Source: Deltaproteobacteria bacterium
GTDB lineage: Bacteria > Myxococcota > Kuafuiibacteriia > Kuafuiibacteriales > Kuafuiibacteriaceae
NCBI GenBank assembly: GCA_040218735.1
Contig: JAVJQW010000017.1
Span: 32,001 to 96,000 of the forward strand
Direction of reading: 5' to 3'
Length of the DNA: 64,000 bases
The notes under the pieces were generated by a model, which saw nothing but the letters and a program-made list of their open reading frames with translations, had not been told where the DNA came from and did no database searches. Of this stretch, positions 26,157 through 37,000 are shown piece by piece (position 1 is the first letter of the stretch; every line of letters begins with the position of its first letter). The position numbers and the translations under genes are program-made.

Positions 26157-28421
26157 GTGCTGGACGAACCCCCTCGACCCGCGGCGCGCTTCGGCCCGGC
26201 GCTCCTCGTCGCGCTCGCGTTGCTGCCGATCTTCGCGGTCCTCGCGCCCGGCGACGCGACGCTCTACTTCCGTGACCACGCGCTGGTCTTCAGGCGCCAG
26301 CTCTACGCCGCGCTCGATGCGTACGCCCGCTTCGAGCTGCCGCTGTGGAACACGTGGGTGGGTGGCGGCGAGCCGCTCCTCGCGGACTGGAGCTCGATGG
26401 CGTGCACGCCGACGCTCGCCGTCTTCCTCCTCCCGGGGTCGTTCGACTTCCGCTACGACCTCTTCGTCTTCGCGCAGCTCGTCGTCGCCGCGAGCGGCGC
26501 GTGGCGACTCGCACGGACGCTCGACCAGGACCACCTCGGCGCCTCCGTCGCCGCGATCGGCTACGCGCTGGGCGGCGTCGTCGCGAGCACCAACAACCTG
26601 ACCGCGACGATGATCGGCCTCGCGTTCATGCCGTGGGCGTTGGCGGGTGCGCTGCGCGTCATCGCCGCGCCGAGCGCCGGCCGGGTCCTCGGCCTCGCGC
26701 TGCCGCTCGCGTGGCACGCGATGTACGCGGGGCCGATGTTCTTCGTCGTCGACCTGCTGCTGTTCTTCGCGATGGCACCCTCGGTCGTCGCGCGCGCACG
26801 ACCACGCCCCGGCGCGGCGCTCGGTTGGCTCGTCGTCGGAGGCGCGCTGGGCGTCGGAATCGCGTGTTGGCCGCTCCTCGCGACGCTGGACCTCCTCGCC
26901 GACGCCCCGCGCGGCGCCGGGTTCGCCGCGAACCTCCGCGCGACCTCCGCCCTCCACCCGTGGCGTGCGCTCGAAGTCGCCCTCCCCGGGTTCGGCGGCG
27001 ACGACCTCGGCGGCGTGTTCGTCACGCGCAAGGGAGGGGTGCACTACCTGCTGTCGATCTACCTCGGTGCGTCGCTGTTCCCGCTCGCTGCGGTCGGCGC
27101 GCTCGAGCGACGCGGGCGTGCTCTCGTCATCACCGCCGTGCTCGGCGTGTGGGCGGCGCTCGGGCCGGACGGGGGGCTGTTCGATCTCCTGTACGCCATC
27201 CCCGGCGTGTCCTCCGGCCGCTACCCCATCAAGCTGCTCACACTCACCGCGTTGTCGTTACCGCTCCTGGCGGGGTTCGGTGTTCAACGCCTGAAGGCAC
27301 CCGCGGGCGGGGAGCGGAGCGCCGCCGCCGTCGGCGCGCTCCTCGTCGTCGCCGCCGCGGCGCTCGTGTGGTTCTCAGGACCGACCGCCGACACGTCGAC
27401 ACACACACCGGAGGCGCTCGCCGCGATGTTCTCGAGCGCAGCGACCCTCGGCGCGACGTTGGCGATCGTGGGCGCCGGAATCGTCTGGCTCGCCGATCGC
27501 GCGCCGGCGCTCCGCGGCGTGGCCGCCTTCGTCATCGCTGCGGACCTCGCGATGCACTCGCTGTGGCTGTTCCCCGTCGCGAGCGACGTGTTCGACATCT
27601 CGCCGCTCGCCGAGGCGGCGAAGGAGATCGAAGACCCGCGCGTCCTCGTCTACGACGCGTACCGAATGCCGACGCACCTCGAGGACATCTCCCCCGCCGA
27701 CGAAGCGGCCTATGCGTCCGCGCGACTCACCGCCGGGACCGCGCCGATGTCCGGCGTTAGACACGTGTTCGACCAGGACCTCAACGGCTCGCGCAGCGCG
27801 AGGTGGACCGCAGCTTGGCGCCGGTCCCTCGCACTCCCGGAGGCCGCGCGCCTGAAGATGCTCGCGAACCTCGCCGTCACCCACGTCGCGGTCGAGGCCA
27901 ACGTCGACGACCCGCCCGGCCTCCAGCTCGCGGCCGCGACGCAGCCCCTCGGCGGTCCGCGCCTCGCGCTGTTCACAATCGACGGAGCGCGTCGGCGGTT
28001 CTCGTTCGCCCCCGCGTTCGAGGCCGTGCCCAGCTACGAAGACGCCATCGAGCGCGTCGGCACCTCGACGGGTGCGTTCGTGGAGACGGACCGCCCCGGG
28101 TCCAACGTATCCGGAAACGCCGAGCTCGACGTAACACGGGACGAGCCCGGCCACATCGTGCTCACGATCTCCTCGACGGTGGCGGGGTTCGTCATCGTCG
28201 CCGAGCAACCGCGCGACGGGTGGACGGCGACCGTCGACGGCCAGCCGACCATCGTCGCGCCGACGAACGTGTTGCTGTCGGGGGTGTTCGTCGAGCCGGG
28301 ACACCACGAAGTCGAGCTGCACTACGACCCGCCGGCGGCGCGCCTCGGTCTCTCGATCGCCGCGCTGTCCGTCGCGGTGGCGCTCGCACTGTTCGTGCTC
28401 GGACGAAGACGGCGGAGCTGA
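26157..28421 (+). CDS. YfhO-like polytopic membrane protein (GT-C-type glycosyltransferase)
   Basis: LPLWNTWVGGGEPLLAD; many TM helices; GWTATVDGQ...GHHEVELHYDP C-terminus. Confidence 0.8.
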   Translation: MLDEPPRPAARFGPALLVALALLPIFAVLAPGDATLYFRDHALVFRRQLYAALDAYARFELPLWNTWVGGGEPLLADWSSMACTPTLAVFLLPGSFDFRYDLFVFAQLVVAASGAWRLARTLDQDHLGASVAAIGYALGGVVASTNNLTATMIGLAFMPWALAGALRVIAAPSAGRVLGLALPLAWHAMYAGPMFFVVDLLLFFAMAPSVVARARPRPGAALGWLVVGGALGVGIACWPLLATLDLLADAPRGAGFAANLRATSALHPWRALEVALPGFGGDDLGGVFVTRKGGVHYLLSIYLGASLFPLAAVGALERRGRALVITAVLGVWAALGPDGGLFDLLYAIPGVSSGRYPIKLLTLTALSLPLLAGFGVQRLKAPAGGERSAAAVGALLVVAAAALVWFSGPTADTSTHTPEALAAMFSSAATLGATLAIVGAGIVWLADRAPALRGVAAFVIAADLAMHSLWLFPVASDVFDISPLAEAAKEIEDPRVLVYDAYRMPTHLEDISPADEAAYASARLTAGTAPMSGVRHVFDQDLNGSRSARWTAAWRRSLALPEAARLKMLANLAVTHVAVEANVDDPPGLQLAAATQPLGGPRLALFTIDGARRRFSFAPAFEAVPSYEDAIERVGTSTGAFVETDRPGSNVSGNAELDVTRDEPGHIVLTISSTVAGFVIVAEQPRDGWTATVDGQPTIVAPTNVLLSGVFVEPGHHEVELHYDPPAARLGLSIAALSVAVALALFVLGRRRRS

Positions 28422-28422
28422 C

Positions 28423-29199
28423 TCACTCGGCGAGCGCCGCGACCACGATCTTCACGCGCCGGTTGCGCTCCCGACCTTCGGCGCTGGCGTTCGACGCGAT
28501 GGGCGCGTCGTCGCCACGCGCGATGACATCGACGCTCTGCGGCGCGACGCCGAACGCGACGAGCGCATCCTTCACGGCCTCCGCGCGATCACGTGACAAG
28601 CGATCGTTCGTCGCCCGCGAACCCTCGCCGTCCGTGTGTCCCACGACGACGATCGCATGCCGCGGCGCCCGCTCGATCAGCGTGCGGGCGAGCTGCGACA
28701 GCTGCGCGCGGACCGGATCGTCGAGGCGCGCCGTGCCGGAGTCGAACTCCACGGTCGCCTCCAAGCGCATCGTCTTCGCGTCGGGGAGCCCCACGGCCCG
28801 CTCGAGGACCTCGAGCTTCTCGCGGACGTCCTCCTCCTGGTCGTGCGGCGACAGGTCCGCGAAGCGCGCGACCCGCGCGCGCTCGCGTCCGTACTGACGG
28901 AGCGTGCGCGCGTGGACCGCGGCGACGCGGTCGCGTTCGACGATCGTCGCCGCGCGCTCCGCTCGCCGCTCTGCGATGTACGCGGCGTGCAGCGCTTCTT
29001 CGGATCCCGGCGCACGCGCGTGGGCCGTCTCGGCGCGCTCGAGCGCGTACTTCGCTTCGTACAGCTCCGTCGTCCCGGGGAGCGCCTCGGTCTGTGCGCG
29101 CTCGTAGATGCGGCGCGCATCGACCAGGCTGGGCGACGGTGACGTCGCACAGGCCACGGTGGCGAACACGACGGATGACAAGAGAAGTCGGTTCTTCAT
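28423..29199 (-). CDS. DUF4398/OmpA-family lipoprotein
   Basis: Lipobox VAC; OmpA C-domain FDSG, GHTD, NDRLSRDRA, RNRRV. Confidence 0.88.
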   Translation of the reverse strand: MKNRLLLSSVVFATVACATSPSPSLVDARRIYERAQTEALPGTTELYEAKYALERAETAHARAPGSEEALHAAYIAERRAERAATIVERDRVAAVHARTLRQYGRERARVARFADLSPHDQEEDVREKLEVLERAVGLPDAKTMRLEATVEFDSGTARLDDPVRAQLSQLARTLIERAPRHAIVVVGHTDGEGSRATNDRLSRDRAEAVKDALVAFGVAPQSVDVIARGDDAPIASNASAEGRERNRRVKIVVAALAE

Positions 29200-29203
29200 G
29201 ACG

Positions 29204-29590
29204 TTACTCCTTCGTGGGGGCGTCGCGCCGCGCGACGATCGTCTGCGCGGCGTGACGTCGCAGGCGAGACAGGCGTGCGGAGGCCTCGGCGGCGCGTCGG
29301 CGCGTCGCGGCGAGCTCGGCGCGCGCCTGGGCGAGGTCGGCGTCGACCGTCGCGCGCTCCAGGACGAGGCGAGCCTCGTCGTACTCGCCGTCGGCGAGGA
29401 GGAGCTGCGCTTCGACGAGTCCGTCGATGGCTCGGTCGAGGTGCCGCTGCGCGAGCGCGTCGTCCTGCGCTCCGGACTGTTCGGCGTAGCCGATCGCCTG
29501 GCGCGTCTGCATCATTTCGACCGCCGGAGGCCGCTCGCTCGCGCAAGCCACCGCCGTGAGGGACAAGATCAGCGTGTAGATCGGTTTCAT
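29204..29590 (-). CDS. DUF4398-like helical lipoprotein
   Basis: Lipobox AVAC; ERATVDADLAQARA; typical pairing with the OmpA gene. Confidence 0.8.
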   Translation of the reverse strand: MKPIYTLILSLTAVACASERPPAVEMMQTRQAIGYAEQSGAQDDALAQRHLDRAIDGLVEAQLLLADGEYDEARLVLERATVDADLAQARAELAATRRRAAEASARLSRLRRHAAQTIVARRDAPTKE

Positions 29591-29605
29591 GGGTCACTCC
29601 TCGGA

Positions 29606-30130
29606 TCAGAAGTACACGCGGGCGCCGACACCGCCGTCGACGAGCGCAGCCACTTCGGGGAAGACGAGGACGCCCGGGGCGATCTCGAGGAAGACCTCGA
29701 TCGGCACCTCGCGAAACAAGAACCCCAAGCCGAGCGGCACACGCGCGCCGATCGCGACGGGGTCGTCGGATTCACGCAGACCCAGCTTGCCGCCGAGCCC
29801 CACGTACGGCGTCAACAGACCGACGTCCCGCGTCTCTGCCGCAAACACGACGATGTGCGCGAGGTAGTCGAGCATGAACGTCGCGCGCGCACCGTACGGA
29901 TCCGCGAAGCCCCAGCCCGCGTGGAACTGAAGCGCGTTGTTCTCGTCGAAGCGCGTCTTCAGGCCGACCGCGGTGGGGTCGCCGATCATCGCGCCCACGC
30001 CGACGGTGTAGTCGTCGTACGGCGCGTCCACGCGGACGTCCCCGGCGAGGGTGTTGTCGTCCGCGTGGGCGGTCGCAGACACCAGGAGCGCGGCTGCGAC
30101 GAGGGTCACGGTGGGGATTCGGTGGTTCAT
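29606..30130 (-). CDS. Small outer-membrane beta-barrel protein (DUF3996-like)
   Basis: Signal AHA-D; GAMIGDPTAVGLK, RVPLGL, EVFLEIAPG; terminal ARVYF. Confidence 0.8.
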   Translation of the reverse strand: MNHRIPTVTLVAAALLVSATAHADDNTLAGDVRVDAPYDDYTVGVGAMIGDPTAVGLKTRFDENNALQFHAGWGFADPYGARATFMLDYLAHIVVFAAETRDVGLLTPYVGLGGKLGLRESDDPVAIGARVPLGLGFLFREVPIEVFLEIAPGVLVFPEVAALVDGGVGARVYF

Positions 30131-30143
30131 GGATGGCCTCTTC

Positions 30144-30159
30144 TACAAGGGGCGTGCCG
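30144..30159 (-). promoter_or_regulatory. sigma54-like promoter for the barrel/DUF4398/OmpA operon
   Basis: Minus strand CGGCACGCCCCTTGTA (GG-N10-GT variant). Confidence 0.45.
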
Positions 30160-30269
30160 ACGCTCGCGGGCACCGTCCGGGCGCGGCGGCGACGCCCATT
30201 TCGCCTCTGCGCCGCCACAACCGGGGCAAGTCGCCTCACCCCAGGCGCGCGGGTTCAGGTGCGCGGGCG

Positions 30270-30285
30270 TGGCACGTTGACTGCT
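30270..30285 (+). promoter_or_regulatory. sigma54 -24/-12 motif pointing antisense into the response regulator gene
   Basis: TGGCACGTTGACTGCT = GG-N10-GC. Confidence 0.5.
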
Positions 30286-30308
30286 AGTTGCTCCCCCGTG
30301 CGGAGCGC

Positions 30309-30713
30309 TCACACGCAAGCCGACGCCAAGTGCTGCAGGCGATGCGGATCGAAGGGCTTCTCCAGGAGCTCCACGGCGCCGAGCCGATGGACCTCGCGGA
30401 CGAGCCCGACCGAGGGGCCCGTCGTGATGACGATGACCGGGATGCTCCAGTCGCCGTTCCTGAGCTCCGCCAACACGTCGATCCCAGTTCGGCCCGGCAT
30501 GTACACGTCGGTCACGACGAGATCGGGTGCGCGCGGCGCGCGCCGGTCCACGAGCGTGCGGAGCGCATGCGCGAGCGCCTCGCCGTCGAGGAACGACTCG
30601 ACCTGGAAGCCCCGGACCTCGAGGAGGTCCCCGAGCAACGCGAGCATCTCGGGATCGTCGTCCGCGACCCACGCGATCGGTTCATCGATTCCGAATCCAA
30701 TGAATCTACTCAT
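30309..30713 (-). CDS. Single-domain response regulator
   Basis: VADDD, VVTDVYMPG, LEKPF. Confidence 0.88.
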   Translation of the reverse strand: MSRFIGFGIDEPIAWVADDDPEMLALLGDLLEVRGFQVESFLDGEALAHALRTLVDRRAPRAPDLVVTDVYMPGRTGIDVLAELRNGDWSIPVIVITTGPSVGLVREVHRLGAVELLEKPFDPHRLQHLASACV

Positions 30714-30726
30714 GGCGCCGTGTCAG

Positions 30727-30742
30727 TGCACCGTGGGTGCCA
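30727..30742 (-). promoter_or_regulatory. sigma54 promoter motif upstream of the response regulator
   Basis: Minus strand TGGCACCCACGGTGCA = GG-N10-GC. Confidence 0.55.
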
Positions 30743-30845
30743 GGCGTCGATCCCCCTCCACGGCGCCGTGGCTTGTGGTGCGTGCGTCGCATGAGGCACA
30801 TGAGCACGCGCGGCCGAGCCACGCTCGCGCCCAAGGCTTCGCGCC

Positions 30846-32294
30846 ATGAAGATCGCCCAAAGACTCACCGCCGCCCTGGTCCTCGTCGTTACCCTCACGC
30901 TGTGCATCCGCGCGTTCGTCGACATGCGACGCGCGATCGCACGCCACGAAGAGGGCGTGCACCGAACGCAACAACAGCTCGGCGAAGTCCTCGACGTCGC
31001 CATCCGCCAGATCTGGCGCTCCGACGGCTGGGAGCAGGCGCTCGCGTTCCTGCGCGAGGTCGAGAAGAAGCAAGGTGACTTGCGCGTCCGCTGGGTCTGG
31101 CTCGAGAAGAACGAGAACAACGACTACAAGCCGCTGATCCCGGTCTCGACGATTCGGTCCCGCGTTCAGGGGGAGTCGACGATCGCGTTCGAGCGCGAAG
31201 ATCTCTCCGGCTACATCGTCACGTACCGCCCTGTGCGTCTCCCGGAGCTCCCGCTGGGTGCGGTCGAGCTGACGCGCCCGACGGCGGACGACGACGAGCA
31301 GATCAAGACCGAGGCGATCCGACAGATCACCGCCGGGCTCCTCGCCATCCTCGTCTACATGGTCGTCGCGAGCGTCCTCGGACGCCGCTGGATCGGGCAG
31401 CCGATCGACGCGCTCGTCATGCACGCGCGCCGCGTCGCCGAAGGTGACTTCTCGTCGATCTCCCAGGCGATGCGTCGCGACGACCTCGGCCGCCTCGCGG
31501 GCGAGATGAACACCATGTCGCGCCGGCTGATGGAAGCACAGGACCGGGCGAACCAAGAGCGGAGCCTCCGCATCGAAGTGCAGGAGCAGCTCACGCACGC
31601 TGACCGCCTCGCGTCGGTCGGGCGCATCACGGCCGCGCTCATCCACGACCTCGGCACGCCCCTCAACGTGATCTCCGGGCGCGCCACGATGATCGCCGAG
31701 GGCGATGTCACCGGCGAGAAGGCCCAGTCGGGCGCGCGACGCATCGCCGAGCAGGCGCACCGCATCGGCGAGATGATCCGCGAGCTCCTCCGGTTCGCGC
31801 GCCGCGGCGAGCTGGAGCGCGAACCGACCGTCGTCGCGAACCTCGCGCGCGAAGTCGCGAAGATCGTGCAGCCGCTGTCGCAGAAGGCGCGCGTCAAGAT
31901 CGCCATCGAAGACGAGGACACGTCGCTGTCCGCCAACGTGAACCGCACGCAGATCCGTCAGGTCCTGATGAACCTGGTGATGAACGGCGTGCAGGCGATG
32001 CCCAAGGGCGGGAACATCAAGATCCGCGTCCGCGACGACGGCGACTACGTCGCGATGGAGGTCCACGACGACGGCCCCGGCATCCCGCCCGAGGTCATCG
32101 ACCTCATCTTCGAACCGTTCTTCACGACCAAGGCCGAGGGCGAAGGCACCGGCCTCGGTCTGTCCGTATGTCAGTCGATCCTCCACGCCCACGGTGGAGC
32201 GATCAACGTCACGAGTCGCCCCGACGAGGGGACGACGTTCCTGCTCAGAATCCCCAAACAAGGAGGCTCAGATGAGTCGCATTCTGATCGTTGA
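30846..32294 (+). CDS. HAMP-domain sensor histidine kinase
   Basis: Two TM helices, [35 protein letters not shown]. Confidence 0.93.
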   Translation: MKIAQRLTAALVLVVTLTLCIRAFVDMRRAIARHEEGVHRTQQQLGEVLDVAIRQIWRSDGWEQALAFLREVEKKQGDLRVRWVWLEKNENNDYKPLIPVSTIRSRVQGESTIAFEREDLSGYIVTYRPVRLPELPLGAVELTRPTADDDEQIKTEAIRQITAGLLAILVYMVVASVLGRRWIGQPIDALVMHARRVAEGDFSSISQAMRRDDLGRLAGEMNTMSRRLMEAQDRANQERSLRIEVQEQLTHADRLASVGRITAALIHDLGTPLNVISGRATMIAEGDVTGEKAQSGARRIAEQAHRIGEMIRELLRFARRGELEREPTVVANLAREVAKIVQPLSQKARVKIAIEDEDTSLSANVNRTQIRQVLMNLVMNGVQAMPKGGNIKIRVRDDGDYVAMEVHDDGPGIPPEVIDLIFEPFFTTKAEGEGTGLGLSVCQSILHAHGGAINVTSRPDEGTTFLLRIPKQGGSDESHSDR

Positions 32295-33642
32295 AGACGA
32301 CGCCGAATTTGGCGCCATGGTCGGTGAGTGGTTGGACGCCGCTGGTCACGCCGCGCACACCACCCTCACCGCAGAGGATGCACTGAGAGTGTTGGGCGAA
32401 GACACGTACGATGTCGTCATCGCTGACCTCAACCTCCACGGCGAGCTCGACGGCCTCGGCCTCTGCGAGCGCGTCGCCGCCGCGCACTCGGACGTGCCCG
32501 TGATCGTCATGACCGCGTTTGGCAGCCTCGAGACCGCCGTCGGCGCGATCCGCGTCGGCGCCTACGACTTCGTCACGAAACCCGTCGAGCGCGGGCAGCT
32601 CATGTTGTCCGTCGAGCGCGCTGCAACGCACCGCGCGCTGCAGCGTCAGGTCGCGCGGCTCGAGGAGCGACTCGCGGCCAAGAGCGCGACCGGGAGCATC
32701 CTCGGTGAGAGCCCCGCCATGCAGCGGGTGTTCGAGCTCGTCGATCGGGTCGCGCAGGGCGACACGACCGTCCTCGTCACCGGCGAGAGCGGCACGGGCA
32801 AGGAGCTGATCGCCCGCGCGCTGCACGAAGGAAGCCCGCGCAGCGAGGGGCCCTTCGTCGCCATCAACTGCGCCGCCCTCCCCGCCCCGCTGCTCGAGGC
32901 CGAGCTGTTCGGCCACGCGGAGGGTGCGTTCACCGACGCTCGCGGCGAGCGACGCGGGCTCCTCGCGGAGGCCAACGGCGGCACGCTCTTCCTCGACGAG
33001 ATCGGCGAGATGTCGACGGACATGCAAGTGAAGTTGCTCCGCGCGCTGCAGGAGCGCACCTACCGACGCGTGGGCGGCACCGAAGAGATGAAGTTCGACG
33101 CGCGGCTGATCTCGGCGACGAACCGCGACCTCGAGAAGGAGGTCGCCGAGGGCCGATTCCGCGAAGACCTCTTCTACCGCATCAACGTCATCCGCATCCC
33201 GCTCCCCACGCTCGCGCAGCGCGGTCACGACATCCTGCTCCTCGCGCAGGCCTTCGTGGCCCGCGCCGCGAACCGCACTGGCAAGAACGTCGAAGGGATC
33301 GCGCGCGATGCTGCGCAACGCCTGTTGACGTACCCGTGGCCCGGCAACGTGCGTGAGCTCGAAAACTGCGTCGAATCCGCGGTGGCGATGACCGCGTACG
33401 ATCACATCGTGGTCGAGGACCTACCCGAGCGGATCCGGCGTCATCAGCCCGTCGAGGACCCCATCGAGACCTCGGACCCCACGCAGATGCCGACGCTCCG
33501 CGAGGTCGAGCAGCGCTACGTGATGAAGGTGCTCCGCGCCGTCGACAACAACAAGTCGGCCGCGGCTCGAATCTTGGGCTTCGATCGCCGTACACTCTAC
33601 CGGAAGCTCGACGCGTTCGAGCAGCAGGAGCGTCCGGGGTGA
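32272..33642 (+). CDS. sigma54-dependent NtrC-family response regulator (enhancer-binding protein)
   Basis: REC domain; [37 protein letters not shown]; Fis HTH; GGAGG before ATG 32272. Confidence 0.95.
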   Translation: MSRILIVEDDAEFGAMVGEWLDAAGHAAHTTLTAEDALRVLGEDTYDVVIADLNLHGELDGLGLCERVAAAHSDVPVIVMTAFGSLETAVGAIRVGAYDFVTKPVERGQLMLSVERAATHRALQRQVARLEERLAAKSATGSILGESPAMQRVFELVDRVAQGDTTVLVTGESGTGKELIARALHEGSPRSEGPFVAINCAALPAPLLEAELFGHAEGAFTDARGERRGLLAEANGGTLFLDEIGEMSTDMQVKLLRALQERTYRRVGGTEEMKFDARLISATNRDLEKEVAEGRFREDLFYRINVIRIPLPTLAQRGHDILLLAQAFVARAANRTGKNVEGIARDAAQRLLTYPWPGNVRELENCVESAVAMTAYDHIVVEDLPERIRRHQPVEDPIETSDPTQMPTLREVEQRYVMKVLRAVDNNKSAAARILGFDRRTLYRKLDAFEQQERPG

Positions 33643-34016
33643 GCCCGAGCAAACAAGTATGGGTGGTCGAGGACGACGACGACTTCCGCGAGATGCTGTC
33701 GGAGGTCCTTCGACTCGACGGGCTCGAGGTGACGGAGTTCGAGAGCGGTGCGCCGCTCCTGAACGCCGCGAAGCAAGAAGATCACCCCGCGCTGGTCGTC
33801 ACCGACCACCACATGCCCGACGTCAACGGGCTCGACGCGCTCGAGGCGCTGCAGGCGGACGGGTTCGCCGTCCCCACGGTGTTGGTGACGGCCTTCGCCG
33901 AGAGCACGGTGAAGAACCGCGCCGCCGCGGTGGGCGCGGTCTTGGTCGAGAAGCCGTGCGACATCTACGAGCTGCGGCGGATCATCCGCGCGGAGCTCGA
34001 CAAGACCTCGGCCTGA
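33639..34016 (+). CDS. Single-domain response regulator
   Basis: VVEDDD, VTDHHMP, VTAF, EKP. Confidence 0.88.
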   Translation: MSPSKQVWVVEDDDDFREMLSEVLRLDGLEVTEFESGAPLLNAAKQEDHPALVVTDHHMPDVNGLDALEALQADGFAVPTVLVTAFAESTVKNRAAAVGAVLVEKPCDIYELRRIIRAELDKTSA

Positions 34017-34059
34017 CGAGCCCCGCGAGGGCCGACTTCATCGGCGCCTCCTAGACCTC

Positions 34060-37000
34060 CTAGACGATCGGGACGCAGCGGCAGTCTGCGAAGTCACACG
34101 TCTCGTTCGGCGCACAGCCGCCGCAGTCCGCGGGACAGACACACTGGCACGAGTTGTTCGGGTCGCAGACCTCGTTGTTCTCACACGCCGAGTCACACGT
34201 CGGATCGCACTCGCAGGTGCAGGACGACGCATTGCACATCGTGCCGTCCGGGCAACCGCCGCAGTCCGTCGGACAGATGCAGGAGCAGTCCATCGTCGGG
34301 TCGCAGACCGACAGGCCCGGGCAGCTGTCGTTGCACGTCGGGTCGCAGGTGCAATCGCAGGTCGACGAGTTGCAGATCGTGTTGCCCTGGCAGGCGCCGC
34401 CGCAGTCGGTCGGGCACTCGCAGTTACACGTCGTGCTGTTGCAATTCAGGTTGCCGGTGCACTGGCCGCCGCACGTCGGGTCGCACTCACACGTGCACGT
34501 GCCCTGGTTGCAGACCGTCCCGTTGCCGCAGGCGCCGCCGCAGTCCGGCGCGCACTCGCAGGCACAGGTGTTCGGGTTGCAGACCTCGTTCGGGCCGCAG
34601 TTACCGTTGCAGTCCGGCGCGCACACGCAGTTGCAGTCCGCGTCGCACTCCTGGTTCGCGCCGCAGGCGTTGCAGATCGCCTGGTCGCAGACGCAGATAC
34701 CGAGCTGCGGATCGCAGTTCTGACCGACCTGACACGGCCCGCACGGATCGTCCGGCGGCTGCCAGTTCCGGTAGCTGATGACGACGAGGTCACCCTGCGC
34801 CGGGCGGAAGTTGAAGCCGCGGAAGAAGATCGAGTTCGACGCGGGGTCGTAGTCGAACCCGTTGTCGCGGTCACGCGGCACCGTCGTCACGGTCATCGAG
34901 CCCTGCGGCACCACACCCACGCGGATCGTCGAAGAGATCGGCGGACCGCTGAGCGTGTACTGCGAGGCGGCGCCCGCGACGGCGTCGATGATCGCCTGCA
35001 GCGCCTGGCCCGGCGAGTTGTTGCACGGCGAGTAGGACGCGCCCATCGTCGCCTGCACCACGTCGAGGTAGCCGCGCCCCGGCTCGTTCGCCGGCTGGTC
35101 GAGCGGACCGCCGCAGCCGTAGCCCGTGCACACCGTGGGCGTGCCGACCGGGATGACCTGCGCGAACGCGACACCATTGTTGTTGGTGATCGTGTTGATG
35201 TACGGCGTGAGGAGCGTGTCGATGCAGTTCTGCTGCGCCGTGTTCGGGACCGTCGAGCACGTGTTGTTGTTGTTCGTGACGTAGTAGTCGCCGACGCCGG
35301 TGTTGCAGGTCGGGTTGTAGCCGAAGCAGTTCTGCGCCGACTGCATCGTCAGCTCCTGCGGGTACTCGTCCGAGATGTAGACCACCGCGAGCACCGCGTC
35401 GGAGCGCAGGCGGCGCGGTTGCTCCACACCCGCCGCGGAACGCGGGAGCGCCTTGGCGATCGCGTTGTCCGCCGCCTCGAGCCCGAACTCACAGCCGTCG
35501 GATCCCGACGTGTCCTGCAGGTAGCTGGCGAACAGGTTCGGGTCGCGCACGAAGCCGGCGCCCCGGAGGTCACCGCCGTTGCCGGCGCCCTGGTTGTAGT
35601 CGTTCTCGCTGTGCGGGACGACGCCCATGCGGAAGTCGACGTTGTTCGCGGAGAGCGCCGCGACGATCGAGTTCGCCGCGGTGAAGATACGACCGCGGTC
35701 GTCGTCGGTGGAGCCCGAGATGTCCGCCATCCAGATGAAGTCCGCCACCGACTGACCGGCCGCGGTGAACGGGTCGCAGTCCTTGTCGCGCTCGGCGTTC
35801 GCGAGCGCGAGCGCGGTGCCGTTGGTGAGGTCCTGGATGAAGATCGCCGCGTTGTTCGTGACGTCGTCGTAGGTCGTGCGGTCCATCCCGCCGACCACGA
35901 CGATCAGCTCCTGCGGCATCGAGCGCAGCAGGACTTGGTACGTGAACGTGTGTTGGTTCGTCGGCGCGCCGGTCGCCGTCGGCAGCCCCGTGAACGACGC
36001 CCCGGGCAGCCCCGTGAACATGCGCACCATCGCGTTGCGCACCTGCGCCGCGTTCTGCGTGCCCGTCGTGACGGAGAGGTCGACGACGTTCGACACGTTC
36101 GTGTCGTAGCCGTCGTGCGACGTGATGATGCGCCCGGAGATCCGCTGCGCGTAGGAGAGGTTCTCGGCGCCGGCCGCCGCCTGGAGCTGCGACTCGATGG
36201 CGGCGGACTGCGCCTGAATCGTCGCCGCGCCCGCGAGGAGCGGCATCCGCAGCACGAAGCCCGAGATGTTCGCCGTGGTGTCGTCCACCGCGGCGACGTC
36301 GACGTTTGCGCTCGCCGGCGCGGTCGTGATCGCGGAGTACGTGAACGACAGCTCGGACGCGAGCGTCCACGAGGAGCCGACGTCGAAGTTCACCTGCTTG
36401 AGGTTCGCCGTCGAGCAGATCGCGTTGATGCCCGGCGCACTTCCGGCCGGCGGATCGTTCGGGTCGAGCGGATCGAAGCCGGCGAGGACCTCGTCGCCGT
36501 CGCTGATCATGTCGTTGTCGGTGTCGTCGTCGTTCGGATCGGTCTCACCGAGGCCCGGCTCGAAGAGGCCGTTCATGTTGCCGTCTTCGACGCCGTCCGC
36601 GAGGCCGTCGCCGTCGGTGTCCATGTCGAGCGGGTCCGTGACCGTGGTCGGGTCCTGGTCGAACGGCACGCCCATGCACGCGCTGCCCGGCACGCCCATC
36701 ACGACGCCGAGCTCGACGCCGTCGGAGACGCCGTCACCGTCGGTGTCGGGCACCAGCGGGCTCGTCATGTAGACGTTGAGCTCGTCGCCGTCGGAGAGCC
36801 CGTCGCAATCCGTGTCGGGATCGAGCGGGTTCGTCTCGAACACCTCGGTCATGCCGTTGTGGTTGGTGTCCTCTTCGCCGTCGCCGAGTGTGTCGCCGTC
36901 AGTGTCGACGACGAGCGGATCCGTCTCCGTCGGCTCGCGCATGCCGTTGCGGTTGGTGTCTTCGAGGCCGTCGGAGATGAGATCGCCGTCGGTGTCGCGC

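Noticed and set aside
30288-30794. Plus-strand ORF after the sigma54 box
   Set aside because: Shadow of the response regulator; starts too close to the box to be translated from it
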